The notes under the pieces are model-generated. The model was not told the origin of the DNA. It ran no database searches and worked only from the letters and a program-made list of their open reading frames with translations. Source: Gemmatimonadota bacterium (GTDB lineage Bacteria; Gemmatimonadota; Gemmatimonadetes; Gemmatimonadales; Gemmatimonadaceae). From it: a stretch of 16,396 nt of DNA. Shown here in pieces: positions 1 through 8,752 of this stretch. A program made the translations under genes and the position numbers. The stretch lies in the NCBI GenBank assembly GCA_031372565.1, contig JANMLN010000167.1, positions 1 to 16,396 on the forward strand, in the 5' to 3' direction. The first letter of the stretch is position 1, and each line of letters starts with the position of its first letter.

Positions 1-468
1 GGTGACCCAGCGAGCGTACAGATTGGCCGCGTACGACAGCAGGAGCCGAGTCATGGGCCAGTTGACGACCGTCACCTTCCCCTGCCGGTAGCGCGACCCG
101 AGCACCAGGTCGGCCCCCGTTTCCGTGAATGCATCAAGGAACTTGGGCAGGTGGTTCGGGTCGTGCGAGAAGTCGCAGTCCATCTCGTAGACGTGCGTGT
201 AGTCCCGCGCGAGTGCCCAGGCGAAGCCGTTCAGGTACGCGGTCCCCAGCCCCATCTTTTGCGCGCGATGCAGCACGTGGACGCGGGCATCACGCGCCGC
301 TGCGGCGTCGGCGAGCTGACCGGTTCCATCGGGCGATCCATCGTCGACGACCAGGAGCTCGAAGCTCGGTCCCTGGACGAGGACCCACTCGATCATCTTC
401 GGGAGATTTTCGCGCTCGTTATACGTCGGAACGATGACGAGCGCCTTGATCGCGCCGTTCTCAGCCAC
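1..468 (-). CDS. Polyprenol-monophosphomannose synthase (Ppm1/DPM1-like GT2); 3' end truncated by the window edge
   Basis: Not in the ORF track; translated by hand from GTG 468: MAENGAIKALVIVPTYNERENLPKMIEWVL...LLVVDDGSPDGTG...VHVLHRAQKMGLGTAYLNGF...VYEMDCDFSHDP...DLVLGSRY...VVNWPMTRLLLSYAANLYARWVT. Shows the DPM1-like motifs PTYNE, VVDDGSPDGT, GLGTAY, DxD (MDCDFSH) and GSRY. Overlaps the upstream stop by 8 bp. Confidence 0.92.
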   Translation of the reverse strand, partial: MAENGAIKALVIVPTYNERENLPKMIEWVLVQGPSFELLVVDDGSPDGTGQLADAAAARDARVHVLHRAQKMGLGTAYLNGFAWALARDYTHVYEMDCDFSHDPNHLPKFLDAFTETGADLVLGSRYRQGKVTVVNWPMTRLLLSYAANLYARWVT

Positions 469-2848
469 GCGCGGCGCTCCGACGGTCGGCCAGCGCTCCG
501 CCCACCAGCCAGACCAATCCCAGCAGCAGTCCGACCATCGCCAGCTGCTTGCCAGTGGCCACCGCATCGCTCTTGAAGGTGAGCTCCACCTTGGTCGCTC
601 CGGCCGTCAGCGGCACGCCAATGAGCGAGACGTCCGCGCGCGCGGTCATCGCGGGCTTTCCATCGATCGTCGCGCGCCAGCCCGGGTAGAAGTTCTCGCT
701 GACCATCAGGGCGCTTCCGGCGGGTGCCGGCGCGGAGAGCGTGAGCGAGATCCTCCCCGGCTCCCACGTGGTCGCAGCCACCGTGATCGGCAGCGGCTGC
801 GGCAGCGAACTGAGCGCTGCGCTCGGCACCGATGCCGCACTGTCGAACACGGCGACGGTCCGCACGTCGAAGCGCGGGTCGAGCACCGTGTTGAGCGCCT
901 GTTCATCGCTGGCGCGCACCATGGCGGTGGTCACCCACGCGGAGGGATTGTTGCCTGGCATGCGCCACAGATACACCATGGAACCCGCGGCGTTGCGCAC
1001 AGGGCCGGCGACGAGCGTCATGCCGGGAAACACCGGCTTGCTCGCGCTCGTCAGCAGGAAGCGCACATTCGCCAGCGCCCAGAAGTTCGGATTCGCCACC
1101 TGCTTCAGGCCGTCGTCCGCACCATACAGCTTCTGGTAGCGGCCGAGTTCGTTGCCGTGGTAACCGAGTACCGATCGGATCCCGTGGCTCATGAGCGCAT
1201 CGCCCCGCAGGAAGGGATCCCGCGGCGCGGCCCCTTCGCCGAGGTTGAGCGCCAGCACGCGTGCAGGCTCCTTCTGCGCCTTGAGATAGTCCACGGCGGG
1301 ATCGCTGGCATACAGCACGCTCGCGCGATCGCTGAAGGTCCAGTAGTGGCGTTCGACACTCCACAGGTCCGTCACGACGAGCAGTGCCAGCGCCGCCGTG
1401 GCAAGGCGCGGCGCGAGCGCGCCACGAGCGACCGCCACACCGAAGCCGAGCACGACGCCGAGGAAGGCCATCATGCGGACGCCGCCCATCATGAGCGCGC
1501 CAGCATTGTCCTGGATGTTCTCCAACCGTTGGCCACCCGTGAGCGAATTGCCGAAGTTGGCGAGGCCGCCAGAGGCCGCGAGCAGCAGCACCACACCACC
1601 GGCGATGCTCCAACTGACCGCCCATCGCGTGCTCGCCTGCTTCAACAAGAGGCGCTCGGCGCCAAGCGCCGCAAGCGCTGATGCCGCGAATGCCGACACG
1701 AAGATGATCGTACTCGGGGCGCGGAAGAACTTGGTGCCCGGCACGATGGCGTAGATGACGTGATACAGCGGCGTGTATCCCCCCAGCGCCCACAGCACGC
1801 TCACGAGCAGCAACCCGGTCAGATACCACGTGAGGGAGCGGCGCACCTCGCGGCCGTAGGCGAGCCCCGCGAGCGCGAGTACCACGATGCCCAGGTATTC
1901 GCTGTGGAAATGAATGCCGTTGCGACCCCAGTAGTTGTCCAGGATACCGCTGAACTGCGGCAGCGCCGTGTTGATCAGCTCTTCGGGCGGAAACGAATAC
2001 GAAATCGCGTGGTCATATCCGCTGCTGACGCCGCCGGCCGCGCGCGGCGACCAGCTCACGTACTCCTTGACCGGCCAGAACTGCACCATCCCGATCAGCG
2101 CGCCGACGGCGGCGGCACCGATTCCCTTGGCCACGTCGAACCACGCGGTGCGCGCGTCGAGGCGCACCCCGGCCGCGTCGCGGGCGCGCAGCAGGTAGAT
2201 GCCATACGACGCTCCGGCCAGCAGCAGGTATTCGAGGAGCTGCGGATGCGGCGAGAGCACGCCCAGCCCGATCACCAGCGCGAGCGCGCCCCAACTCCAC
2301 TGCTTGCGATCCCGGATGGCGAGGTGCAGCAGCAGGAGCACCACCGGCAACAGCGCCGAGACGAACAGCTTGCCGTCGTGGCCCGGCGAGGCGTAGCTCG
2401 CGATCGGGCCGCTCATGAGATAGGCGAGGCCACCGATCAGCGCACCGCCGAAGCCGACCCCCGCGACGCGCAGGAAGCCGTACGTGGCCATGCCCGCAAG
2501 CCAGAGGTGGAGCACGAACCCCCACGTCATCGCGATGTCGGTCGGCATGATCATCCGCAGCAGGAACGTCGGATAGAAAATGTCGCCGTGCATGGCGGCC
2601 ACGTACGGCATGCCGCCGAACAGGTACGGATTCCACTCGGGGAACCCCTGCCCCGCCTTGAGGCTCGCCGCCGCGAAGTCGCGGAACGCGTACCCCGCGA
2701 TGTACTGGTCGCTCCGCGAGTTCACCAGGAACTTGCCGAGCAGCGCTGGCCACCCGAGCGTCAGCGTGGTCAGGGCATAGGTGAGCGCCGCCCACCAGCC
2801 ATGGCCACGGAGCGGCGTCGCCGACGGCGTCGCGTTGGATTCGGACAT
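461..2848 (-). CDS. YfhO-family polytopic membrane protein (GT-C fold glycosyltransferase candidate), ~795 aa
   Basis: Start set at ATG 2848 (TGATG overlap with the upstream stop) instead of the ORF-track 3175. Many TM segments; N-terminal loop SDQY...FPEWNPYLFGGMPYVA; YWG and YLG motifs; large soluble domain ending in the YfhO-type SENFYPGWRATIDGK...VELTF followed by a last TM helix. Confidence 0.85.
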   Translation of the reverse strand: MSESNATPSATPLRGHGWWAALTYALTTLTLGWPALLGKFLVNSRSDQYIAGYAFRDFAAASLKAGQGFPEWNPYLFGGMPYVAAMHGDIFYPTFLLRMIMPTDIAMTWGFVLHLWLAGMATYGFLRVAGVGFGGALIGGLAYLMSGPIASYASPGHDGKLFVSALLPVVLLLLHLAIRDRKQWSWGALALVIGLGVLSPHPQLLEYLLLAGASYGIYLLRARDAAGVRLDARTAWFDVAKGIGAAAVGALIGMVQFWPVKEYVSWSPRAAGGVSSGYDHAISYSFPPEELINTALPQFSGILDNYWGRNGIHFHSEYLGIVVLALAGLAYGREVRRSLTWYLTGLLLVSVLWALGGYTPLYHVIYAIVPGTKFFRAPSTIIFVSAFAASALAALGAERLLLKQASTRWAVSWSIAGGVVLLLAASGGLANFGNSLTGGQRLENIQDNAGALMMGGVRMMAFLGVVLGFGVAVARGALAPRLATAALALLVVTDLWSVERHYWTFSDRASVLYASDPAVDYLKAQKEPARVLALNLGEGAAPRDPFLRGDALMSHGIRSVLGYHGNELGRYQKLYGADDGLKQVANPNFWALANVRFLLTSASKPVFPGMTLVAGPVRNAAGSMVYLWRMPGNNPSAWVTTAMVRASDEQALNTVLDPRFDVRTVAVFDSAASVPSAALSSLPQPLPITVAATTWEPGRISLTLSAPAPAGSALMVSENFYPGWRATIDGKPAMTARADVSLIGVPLTAGATKVELTFKSDAVATGKQLAMVGLLLGLVWLVGGALADRRSAARG

Positions 2849-3822
2849 CAACGAGGGGTCGGGGCCGCCGGCGGGCGGCGAAACAGGAACAGGAGGCCCG
2901 GCACGACCTCGATGACGGTAATCCAGAGTCGCGAGAGCACCGCCAGAACGGCGGCTTCGGTCGCACCGGCGAGGTGGAGCTGCGTCATCGTCGTGACCAG
3001 CATCGCCTCGCGGAACACGAGCCCACCGGGCGCGAACAGCATAAGGTAACCGAACAGGTACGACGCAGTGTAGACGGCGATGGCCGCGAGCGGCCCCATC
3101 GTGACGGTGCTGCGACCGAGTGCCCCGGCGAGTGCCCAGAACCCGAGGCCATACAGCACCCACCCGACGGTGCATCCGGCAAAGGCCAGCGCAATCGACG
3201 CGCCAGGCACCCGCATGGCGGGATCAGCGCGGCCGGTGACGCGCGCCGCGACGCTGACCAGCCGCGGAATCACGAAGGGGCTCGCGCCGAGCGCGATGGC
3301 AATCACCAGCGCACCGATCCACACGCCACGCACGTCCATCCCGGAGGCGCCGAGCACGTTGATGCCCCCCGCCGCGGCTGCCACCACGACCGCACCGCCC
3401 GCCACGAGATTCACGAGATTGACCACGATGCTTGCGCCCGTCGCAGCCACGCCGGACACGCCCGCCCGCTCGGCGAGCCCGGCCATCGCGCCGACCTGCC
3501 ACACCTTGCCGGGAATCCAGCGGCCCAGGTTGGACACGAACCAGATGTGGGCGGCATCCAGCGGGGCAAGTGCCCCGCCCCACGCCCCAAGGACGCGGCG
3601 CCAGGTCTCGATGAGCACGGCGAAGGCAATGAGCACCGCCGGCGCCGACAGGAGGCATGCCGCGATGATCGCGTCACGGGTGAGTGCCACCCCCGACCAG
3701 TCCACGCGTCCCCAGTCAGCGCGCACCCGTTGCCACGCGAAGCCGATGGCCAGCGCGCCGATGACGAGTTGTGCCGCAAAGAGCCAGCCGCGCCGCGCGC
3801 GGGGCGCGATCTGTTCAGCCAT
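2848..3822 (-). CDS. Lysylphosphatidylglycerol-synthase TM-domain / UPF0104 membrane protein (putative flippase), ~324 aa
   Basis: Start ATG 3822 (MAEQIAPRARR), 8-bp overlap with the GT4 stop. About 8 hydrophobic segments and the family-type motifs SNLGRWIPGKVW and APGGLVFREA. Confidence 0.8.
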   Translation of the reverse strand: MAEQIAPRARRGWLFAAQLVIGALAIGFAWQRVRADWGRVDWSGVALTRDAIIAACLLSAPAVLIAFAVLIETWRRVLGAWGGALAPLDAAHIWFVSNLGRWIPGKVWQVGAMAGLAERAGVSGVAATGASIVVNLVNLVAGGAVVVAAAAGGINVLGASGMDVRGVWIGALVIAIALGASPFVIPRLVSVAARVTGRADPAMRVPGASIALAFAGCTVGWVLYGLGFWALAGALGRSTVTMGPLAAIAVYTASYLFGYLMLFAPGGLVFREAMLVTTMTQLHLAGATEAAVLAVLSRLWITVIEVVPGLLFLFRRPPAAPTPR

Positions 3823-4990
3823 GACGTCGCCGGTGCGCGGCCATCGCTTCGGCGTAGATCGCACGATACCGCGCGGCCACGGCCTCGGGCGCAAAGCGCG
3901 CGAGCGTCTCGAGACGGGCGCGCGCGCCGAGGATGTGCGCTTGCTCCGGATGGTCGAGGAGATCGGTCAGTTCGGCGCCGAGTCGTCGCTGGTCGTTGAG
4001 CGGCACCAGCCGTCCGGTCTCGCCGTGCAAGATCACGTCCGGGAGTCCGCCGGAGCGGTAGCCGACCACGGGTGTTTCAGACAGCGCCGCCTCGACGGCC
4101 ACGAGCCCCAGTCCTTCCTCGTGCGAGGGCATCAGGACGACGCGCGCGCGACGATATAGCGGTGGCAGCGCGTCGGTCGCGAGCGCACCATGAAAGGTCA
4201 CGCGGCCGGCAAGGCCGAGCTGCTCGGCGGTGGCCCGCGCCTCTGTCTCGAGTGGGCCGCCCCCGACGATATCAGCCGTTGTCTCGGAGCCGCTCGCGGC
4301 AATCGCGGTGAGGGCATCGATGATCCCCTTCTGCTGTGAGAGGCGCCCCACGAAGAGCACATGTCGCGCCTGTCGTTCGCCGGCAGCCGCAGCGCCGAAC
4401 GCGGTGACATCAACCGGCATGGGCGCAACGTCGCAGTAGATGCCGGGGGCGATCGCGGCCGCCTGCTGCGAGAGCCAGGTGGACACGGCGGTGATGCCGT
4501 CGGCCGACTCGAGCACGCGTCGCATCAGTCTGCGAGCGGGGGCGGAACCCGCCGCCAATCGGACGTCGCTGCCGTGCATGGTCACCACGAACGGCACCTT
4601 GCCTGCTGCGCCGCGTGCCTGAAGTCCGCTCGGAAACCACCAGTGCGCATGCACGATGGCGGGATTGATCCGTCGGCGGAGTTGGGCCGCCGCGCGCGCC
4701 CCTGCAGCCAGCAGACCCGCCATGGCGAGCTTCCCACCGATGGATGCCCGGACGGCTTCGGCCATCGTCCCCGTGTAGGCGAGCGTCTCCATCGCCTCGG
4801 GGGCGTACCGGAAGCGATGCACCGGCACGCCCTCGATCTCGTCGCGTTCCGCAAGGCCGGGCGCGCTCGGCGCCAGCACGTGGACGCGCATCCCCGTGGC
4901 CTGGAGCGCGACGGCAAGGCGCAGGATGAACGCACCAGCGGCGTCCCCGACGCGGCGCGGGTAGCTGTGGGTGACGAAGAGGACGTCCAC
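3815..4990 (-). CDS. Glycosyltransferase family 4 (GT-B fold), 391 aa
   Basis: GTG start. N-terminal VLFVTHSYP, IVHAHWWFPSG, VTMHGSD, LFVGRLSQQKG and the EX7E motif PSHEEGLGLVAVEA...GGLPDVI. Confidence 0.92.
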   Translation of the reverse strand: MDVLFVTHSYPRRVGDAAGAFILRLAVALQATGMRVHVLAPSAPGLAERDEIEGVPVHRFRYAPEAMETLAYTGTMAEAVRASIGGKLAMAGLLAAGARAAAQLRRRINPAIVHAHWWFPSGLQARGAAGKVPFVVTMHGSDVRLAAGSAPARRLMRRVLESADGITAVSTWLSQQAAAIAPGIYCDVAPMPVDVTAFGAAAAGERQARHVLFVGRLSQQKGIIDALTAIAASGSETTADIVGGGPLETEARATAEQLGLAGRVTFHGALATDALPPLYRRARVVLMPSHEEGLGLVAVEAALSETPVVGYRSGGLPDVILHGETGRLVPLNDQRRLGAELTDLLDHPEQAHILGARARLETLARFAPEAVAARYRAIYAEAMAAHRRRHG

Positions 4991-5001
4991 TGGACGCGTG
5001 A

Positions 5002-5934
5002 TCAGTCGCGCGCGCGCATTCCGTCGAGCTCGCGTCGCAGTTCGCGCAACTCCGCGCGCTGCTGCGCGATCTGCTCACCGAGCAGGCCGGTCGCGAAGAG
5101 CACGCTGCCGAGCACGAGGCAGGTCTCGATGAGCGTGAGCAGCGGCCGGAATCCGACCCCGGCAAAGATGCGGATGGCGACGGCGACGACACCGGTGAGG
5201 AAGCCGACGGCGAAGAGGCCCGCGCCCAGCATGCCGAACAGCAGCAGCGGCTTCTTGCCGAAGCGCAGTTCGAACCAGACCGCCAACATGTCGAGCACCC
5301 CGACGGGAATGCGCGAGAGGCCGAACTTGCTCTTCCCCGCCCGGCGCGGATGCAGCGCGACCGGGATTTCCGTCACCGTGAACCCCTGCGCCGCGGCGAC
5401 CACGATCATGTACCGGTGCCAGTCGGGCCGCCCCGGCAGTGCGTCCATGATCTCGCGTCGGTAGGCCTTCACGCTGTTGAGGTCGCGCACGGGCACCTTG
5501 AACAGGGTGCGCGAGAGTGCGTTGTAGATGCCGGAGACGAACGCCTTGTCGTACTCGCCCATCTTGAATCCCGTGACCATGTCGGCCGTGCCCGCGAGAA
5601 TCGGGGCCGTGAGCCGGGGAATGTCGGCCGGAAGGAACTGCAAGTCGGCGGGATAGAACACGAGCACGTTACCATGCGAGTTGAGCCAGCCGGTCCGCAG
5701 CGCCTCGGCGATGCCGCGCTGGTTGCGATGGCGCCCGGTGCGCAGGAACGGATACTGCGCCTTGAGGCGCTCGAGCTCGGCCCAGGAGTCGTCGGTCGAC
5801 CCATCGTCGACCACGACCACCTCGAAGCCGGTGTCCGGGTGCGCGGCAAACGCCTCGGCGCTCAGGCGCATGAACTCCTTCAGGTTCTCCGCCTCGTCCT
5901 TGGCCGGCACGAGGACGCTGACATCCACGGTCAT
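5002..5934 (-). CDS. GT2 polyprenyl-phosphate glycosyltransferase (ArnC/GtrB/CsbB-like) with two C-terminal TM helices, 310 aa
   Basis: VSVLVPAKDEAENL, VVVDDGSTDDS, EIPVALHPRRAGKSKFG, KPLLLFG, then two TM helices and GLLGEQI. ATGA overlap with the rpoN stop. Confidence 0.88.
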   Translation of the reverse strand: MTVDVSVLVPAKDEAENLKEFMRLSAEAFAAHPDTGFEVVVVDDGSTDDSWAELERLKAQYPFLRTGRHRNQRGIAEALRTGWLNSHGNVLVFYPADLQFLPADIPRLTAPILAGTADMVTGFKMGEYDKAFVSGIYNALSRTLFKVPVRDLNSVKAYRREIMDALPGRPDWHRYMIVVAAAQGFTVTEIPVALHPRRAGKSKFGLSRIPVGVLDMLAVWFELRFGKKPLLLFGMLGAGLFAVGFLTGVVAVAIRIFAGVGFRPLLTLIETCLVLGSVLFATGLLGEQIAQQRAELRELRRELDGMRARD

Positions 5935-7421
5935 ACGCGCTTCCGCATCCGGGCAGAGAGGACACCGAGCTGGTCGCGGTACTTGGCGACCGTCCGGCGC
6001 GCGATCACGACGCCGGCCTTCCGCAGAATGTTCACGATCGCCTGGTCCGTGAGCGGTCGCTTCGGGTCCTCGACCTCGACCATCTTGGCGATCTGGTCCT
6101 TGATGCCGCGCGCCGACACGTCGTCGCCGTCCGTGGTGGCGAGGCCCGAGGAGAAGAAGTACTTGAGTGGCAGGACGCCACGCGGCGTCTGCACGAACTT
6201 CTCGTTGGTCACGCGACTCACCGTACTCTCGTGCATGCCGATCACGTCCGCGACCTCGCGGAGCGTCAGCGGCTTGAGGAACTGCACGCCGCGTTCGAAG
6301 TAGTCGTGCTGCCGCTCGACGATGTAGTGCATGACCTTCAGCATGGTCTGTCGACGCTGCTCGATGGCCTGGATCATCCAGTGGGCCGAGTTGATGCGAC
6401 TCGCGATGAATTCCTTGGAATCGGCATCGAACTTCTTCTTGTCACGGGCGATGTCCTGATACGACTTCGACAGCTTGAGCCGCGGCAGGTTGGCATCGTT
6501 CAGGAAGATGTGATACTGCCCGTCGATCTTCTCGATCACGAGATCCGGAATGATGTAGTTGTCGCTCGCACCCGAGAAGCGCAGCCCCGGCTTCGGGTCG
6601 AGCTTCGCGATCTCGTCGGCGGCGACCTGCACCTCGAGCGCCGGCAGCCCGAGCCGCCGGCAGATCTCGCCCCACCGGTGCGCGATCAGCTCGTCGAAGC
6701 ACTCCGCCACCAGTCGCCAGGTCACGCTGCCTTCGCGGCCGAGGTCCTTGAGCTGGAGCAGGAGACATTCGCGCAACGACCGCGCGCCCACCCCTGCCGG
6801 GTCGAGTGCCTGCACAGTCTGCAGCATCGCCTCGCCTTCTTCCATCGTCACCATCGGCAGGCCCTCGAGCGAGAGCCCGTTCGCCTCGGCCGCCCGGACC
6901 ACTTCCGCGTTCAATCCCTCGACGATCTCCTCGAGCGGGAGGGCGAGGTACCCGTCATCGTTGATGTTGCCGGCGATCTCGGCCACGAGCCGCATCTCGC
7001 GCGGCGTGAGCGCGAGCAACTGGAGCTGCTCGTCGAGGTGGTCGCCCAGATCGTGACGCTCCACCGTGATGGGTTCGAAGTATTCGCGCTGATCGCGCTC
7101 CTCGCGCGGACGCTCCTCGTCGAAGCCCTCCTGCAGCACCTCTTCCCAGTCCATCCCGTCATCGCCGGTGGACGTCTCCTGGGCTTCTGGTACCTCGGGC
7201 TGGTCACCCACCGGCACCTCGATCTCGGATCCGGGTTCGACCTCCGTCTCTTCATCGTCGTCCTCGACCATCTCGAGGAACGGGTTGTTCAGCAGCTCCT
7301 GCTTGAGGTGCTGCTGGAGGTCGAGCAGCGGCATGTACAGCAGATCCATCGCCTGATACAGGCGAGGATTGATCTTGAGCTCCTGACGCAGCGAGCCGGT
7401 CTGTTGCAGCCCCTGCTTCAT
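5931..7421 (-). CDS. rpoN: RNA polymerase sigma-54 factor, 496 aa
   Basis: Gln/Leu-rich region I (LRQELKINPRLYQAMDLL...ELLNNPFLE), acidic region II, DPAGVGARSLRECLLLQL, HTH LTLREVADVIGMHESTVSRV and the RpoN box ARRTVAKYRD. Confidence 0.98.
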   Translation of the reverse strand: MKQGLQQTGSLRQELKINPRLYQAMDLLYMPLLDLQQHLKQELLNNPFLEMVEDDDEETEVEPGSEIEVPVGDQPEVPEAQETSTGDDGMDWEEVLQEGFDEERPREERDQREYFEPITVERHDLGDHLDEQLQLLALTPREMRLVAEIAGNINDDGYLALPLEEIVEGLNAEVVRAAEANGLSLEGLPMVTMEEGEAMLQTVQALDPAGVGARSLRECLLLQLKDLGREGSVTWRLVAECFDELIAHRWGEICRRLGLPALEVQVAADEIAKLDPKPGLRFSGASDNYIIPDLVIEKIDGQYHIFLNDANLPRLKLSKSYQDIARDKKKFDADSKEFIASRINSAHWMIQAIEQRRQTMLKVMHYIVERQHDYFERGVQFLKPLTLREVADVIGMHESTVSRVTNEKFVQTPRGVLPLKYFFSSGLATTDGDDVSARGIKDQIAKMVEVEDPKRPLTDQAIVNILRKAGVVIARRTVAKYRDQLGVLSARMRKRV

Positions 7422-8752
7422 GATGAGCCGCCGGCGCCGTCGGGGGGTGTTTCGGGCGGACCGGCCGCGAGCAAGAGCTCGGCGCCCTCGGCGTCGACGG
7501 CGACGGGGGCCGTCTGCTCGGCTGGCGCGCGCTCGGCGAACGCTCCTGGGGCGGCCGCCGAGCGCACGGGCGCAGCGCCGCCGAACCGCGCCCGCAGTCG
7601 CTCCGTGAGCGTGGGCCCGAGGTAGAGTTCTGCCGCCTGGTCGTTGAACACCAGTTGCTGCACCGTTCCCGACACGGTCACGCGTCCATCAAACATGATG
7701 TACGCCCGGTCCACGATGTCCAACGTCTGTTCCACGTTGTGGTCCGAAATGAGGACGCCGATGCCGCGATGGCGGAGGCCGGCCACGATCTGCTGGATAT
7801 CGTGCACCGCAATCGGGTCGACACCCGCAAACGGTTCATCGAGCATCATGAACTTCGGTTCGGTGACCAAGGCGCGCGTGATCTCGAGGCGACGCCGTTC
7901 GCCGCCGGATAACGCGTATGCCTTGCTCTTGCGCAGGTGACGGATGCTGAGTTCGTCGAGCAACTTCTCGAGCCGCGCCGTGCGCTCGTGCGACGTGAGC
8001 TTGAGCGTCTCGAGGATGGCCATGATGTTCTCTTCCACCGACAACTTGCGGAAGATCGACGGTTCCTGCGAGAGGTACCCGATGCCGAGGCGGGCGCGCT
8101 TGTACATCGGGGTCGACGTGATCCGCACGCCGTCGAGGAGGATCTCCCCGGACACGGGCGGGATCAGCCCCACGATCATGTAGAAGCTGGTCGTCTTGCC
8201 CGCGCCGTTCGGACCGAGCAGCCCGACGATCTCCCCCTGGCGCACCTCGACCGAGACGTCGTTCACCACGCGTCGCTTGCGGTACACCTTCACGAGGTTG
8301 CGCGCCTCGAGCTTGCTGCCGCGTCCCTCGAGCGGCGCCGACACCGGCTCCACCACCGGCTGCTCGCCCGTCTCGCGCGCAATCGCGGCGGCGAACTCCT
8401 CGCGCGCCTCGCGCACCTCCTCCCAGAGCACGGTCGAGAGGCGCAACATCGCATCCGGCTTGGTGAGCGTGGCGAGGTCGTCCGCCAGCGCGCCCTCTGC
8501 CACGAGGCGGGGAAACACCGAGGCCGCCAGATGCGCACGCACTTCGTCGAGCGAGAGGCGCCCCGCCTCGCGCTCCACATCGCGCCCTTCGGCGCGCATC
8601 GCGGCGAGGTGCTCGTCGCGGTAGCGCACGGCCGCATCGTTGAAGGGCACGGCCCCGTGCTCGTCCGCGGCGAGGATCACGGCGCGCAACGCGTGCAGCA
8701 GCGACCGGTCGGCGGCGGCCAGCTGTCCGAGGTGATCGCGCAGCGCACTCAT
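7418..8752 (-). CDS. lptB: LPS export ABC transporter ATP-binding protein LptB with a ~147-aa N-terminal extension and a low-complexity C-terminal tail, 444 aa
   Basis: Walker A GPNGAGKTT, LptB-typical YKRARLGIGYLSQEPSIFRKLSVEEN, signature LSGGERRR, Walker B MMLDEPFAGVDP, and SDHNV. Start supported by an ATGA overlap and an SD-like GAGGTGA (8756-8762). Lies between an lptA-like gene and rpoN. Confidence 0.93.
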   Translation of the reverse strand: MSALRDHLGQLAAADRSLLHALRAVILAADEHGAVPFNDAAVRYRDEHLAAMRAEGRDVEREAGRLSLDEVRAHLAASVFPRLVAEGALADDLATLTKPDAMLRLSTVLWEEVREAREEFAAAIARETGEQPVVEPVSAPLEGRGSKLEARNLVKVYRKRRVVNDVSVEVRQGEIVGLLGPNGAGKTTSFYMIVGLIPPVSGEILLDGVRITSTPMYKRARLGIGYLSQEPSIFRKLSVEENIMAILETLKLTSHERTARLEKLLDELSIRHLRKSKAYALSGGERRRLEITRALVTEPKFMMLDEPFAGVDPIAVHDIQQIVAGLRHRGIGVLISDHNVEQTLDIVDRAYIMFDGRVTVSGTVQQLVFNDQAAELYLGPTLTERLRARFGGAAPVRSAAAPGAFAERAPAEQTAPVAVDAEGAELLLAAGPPETPPDGAGGSS

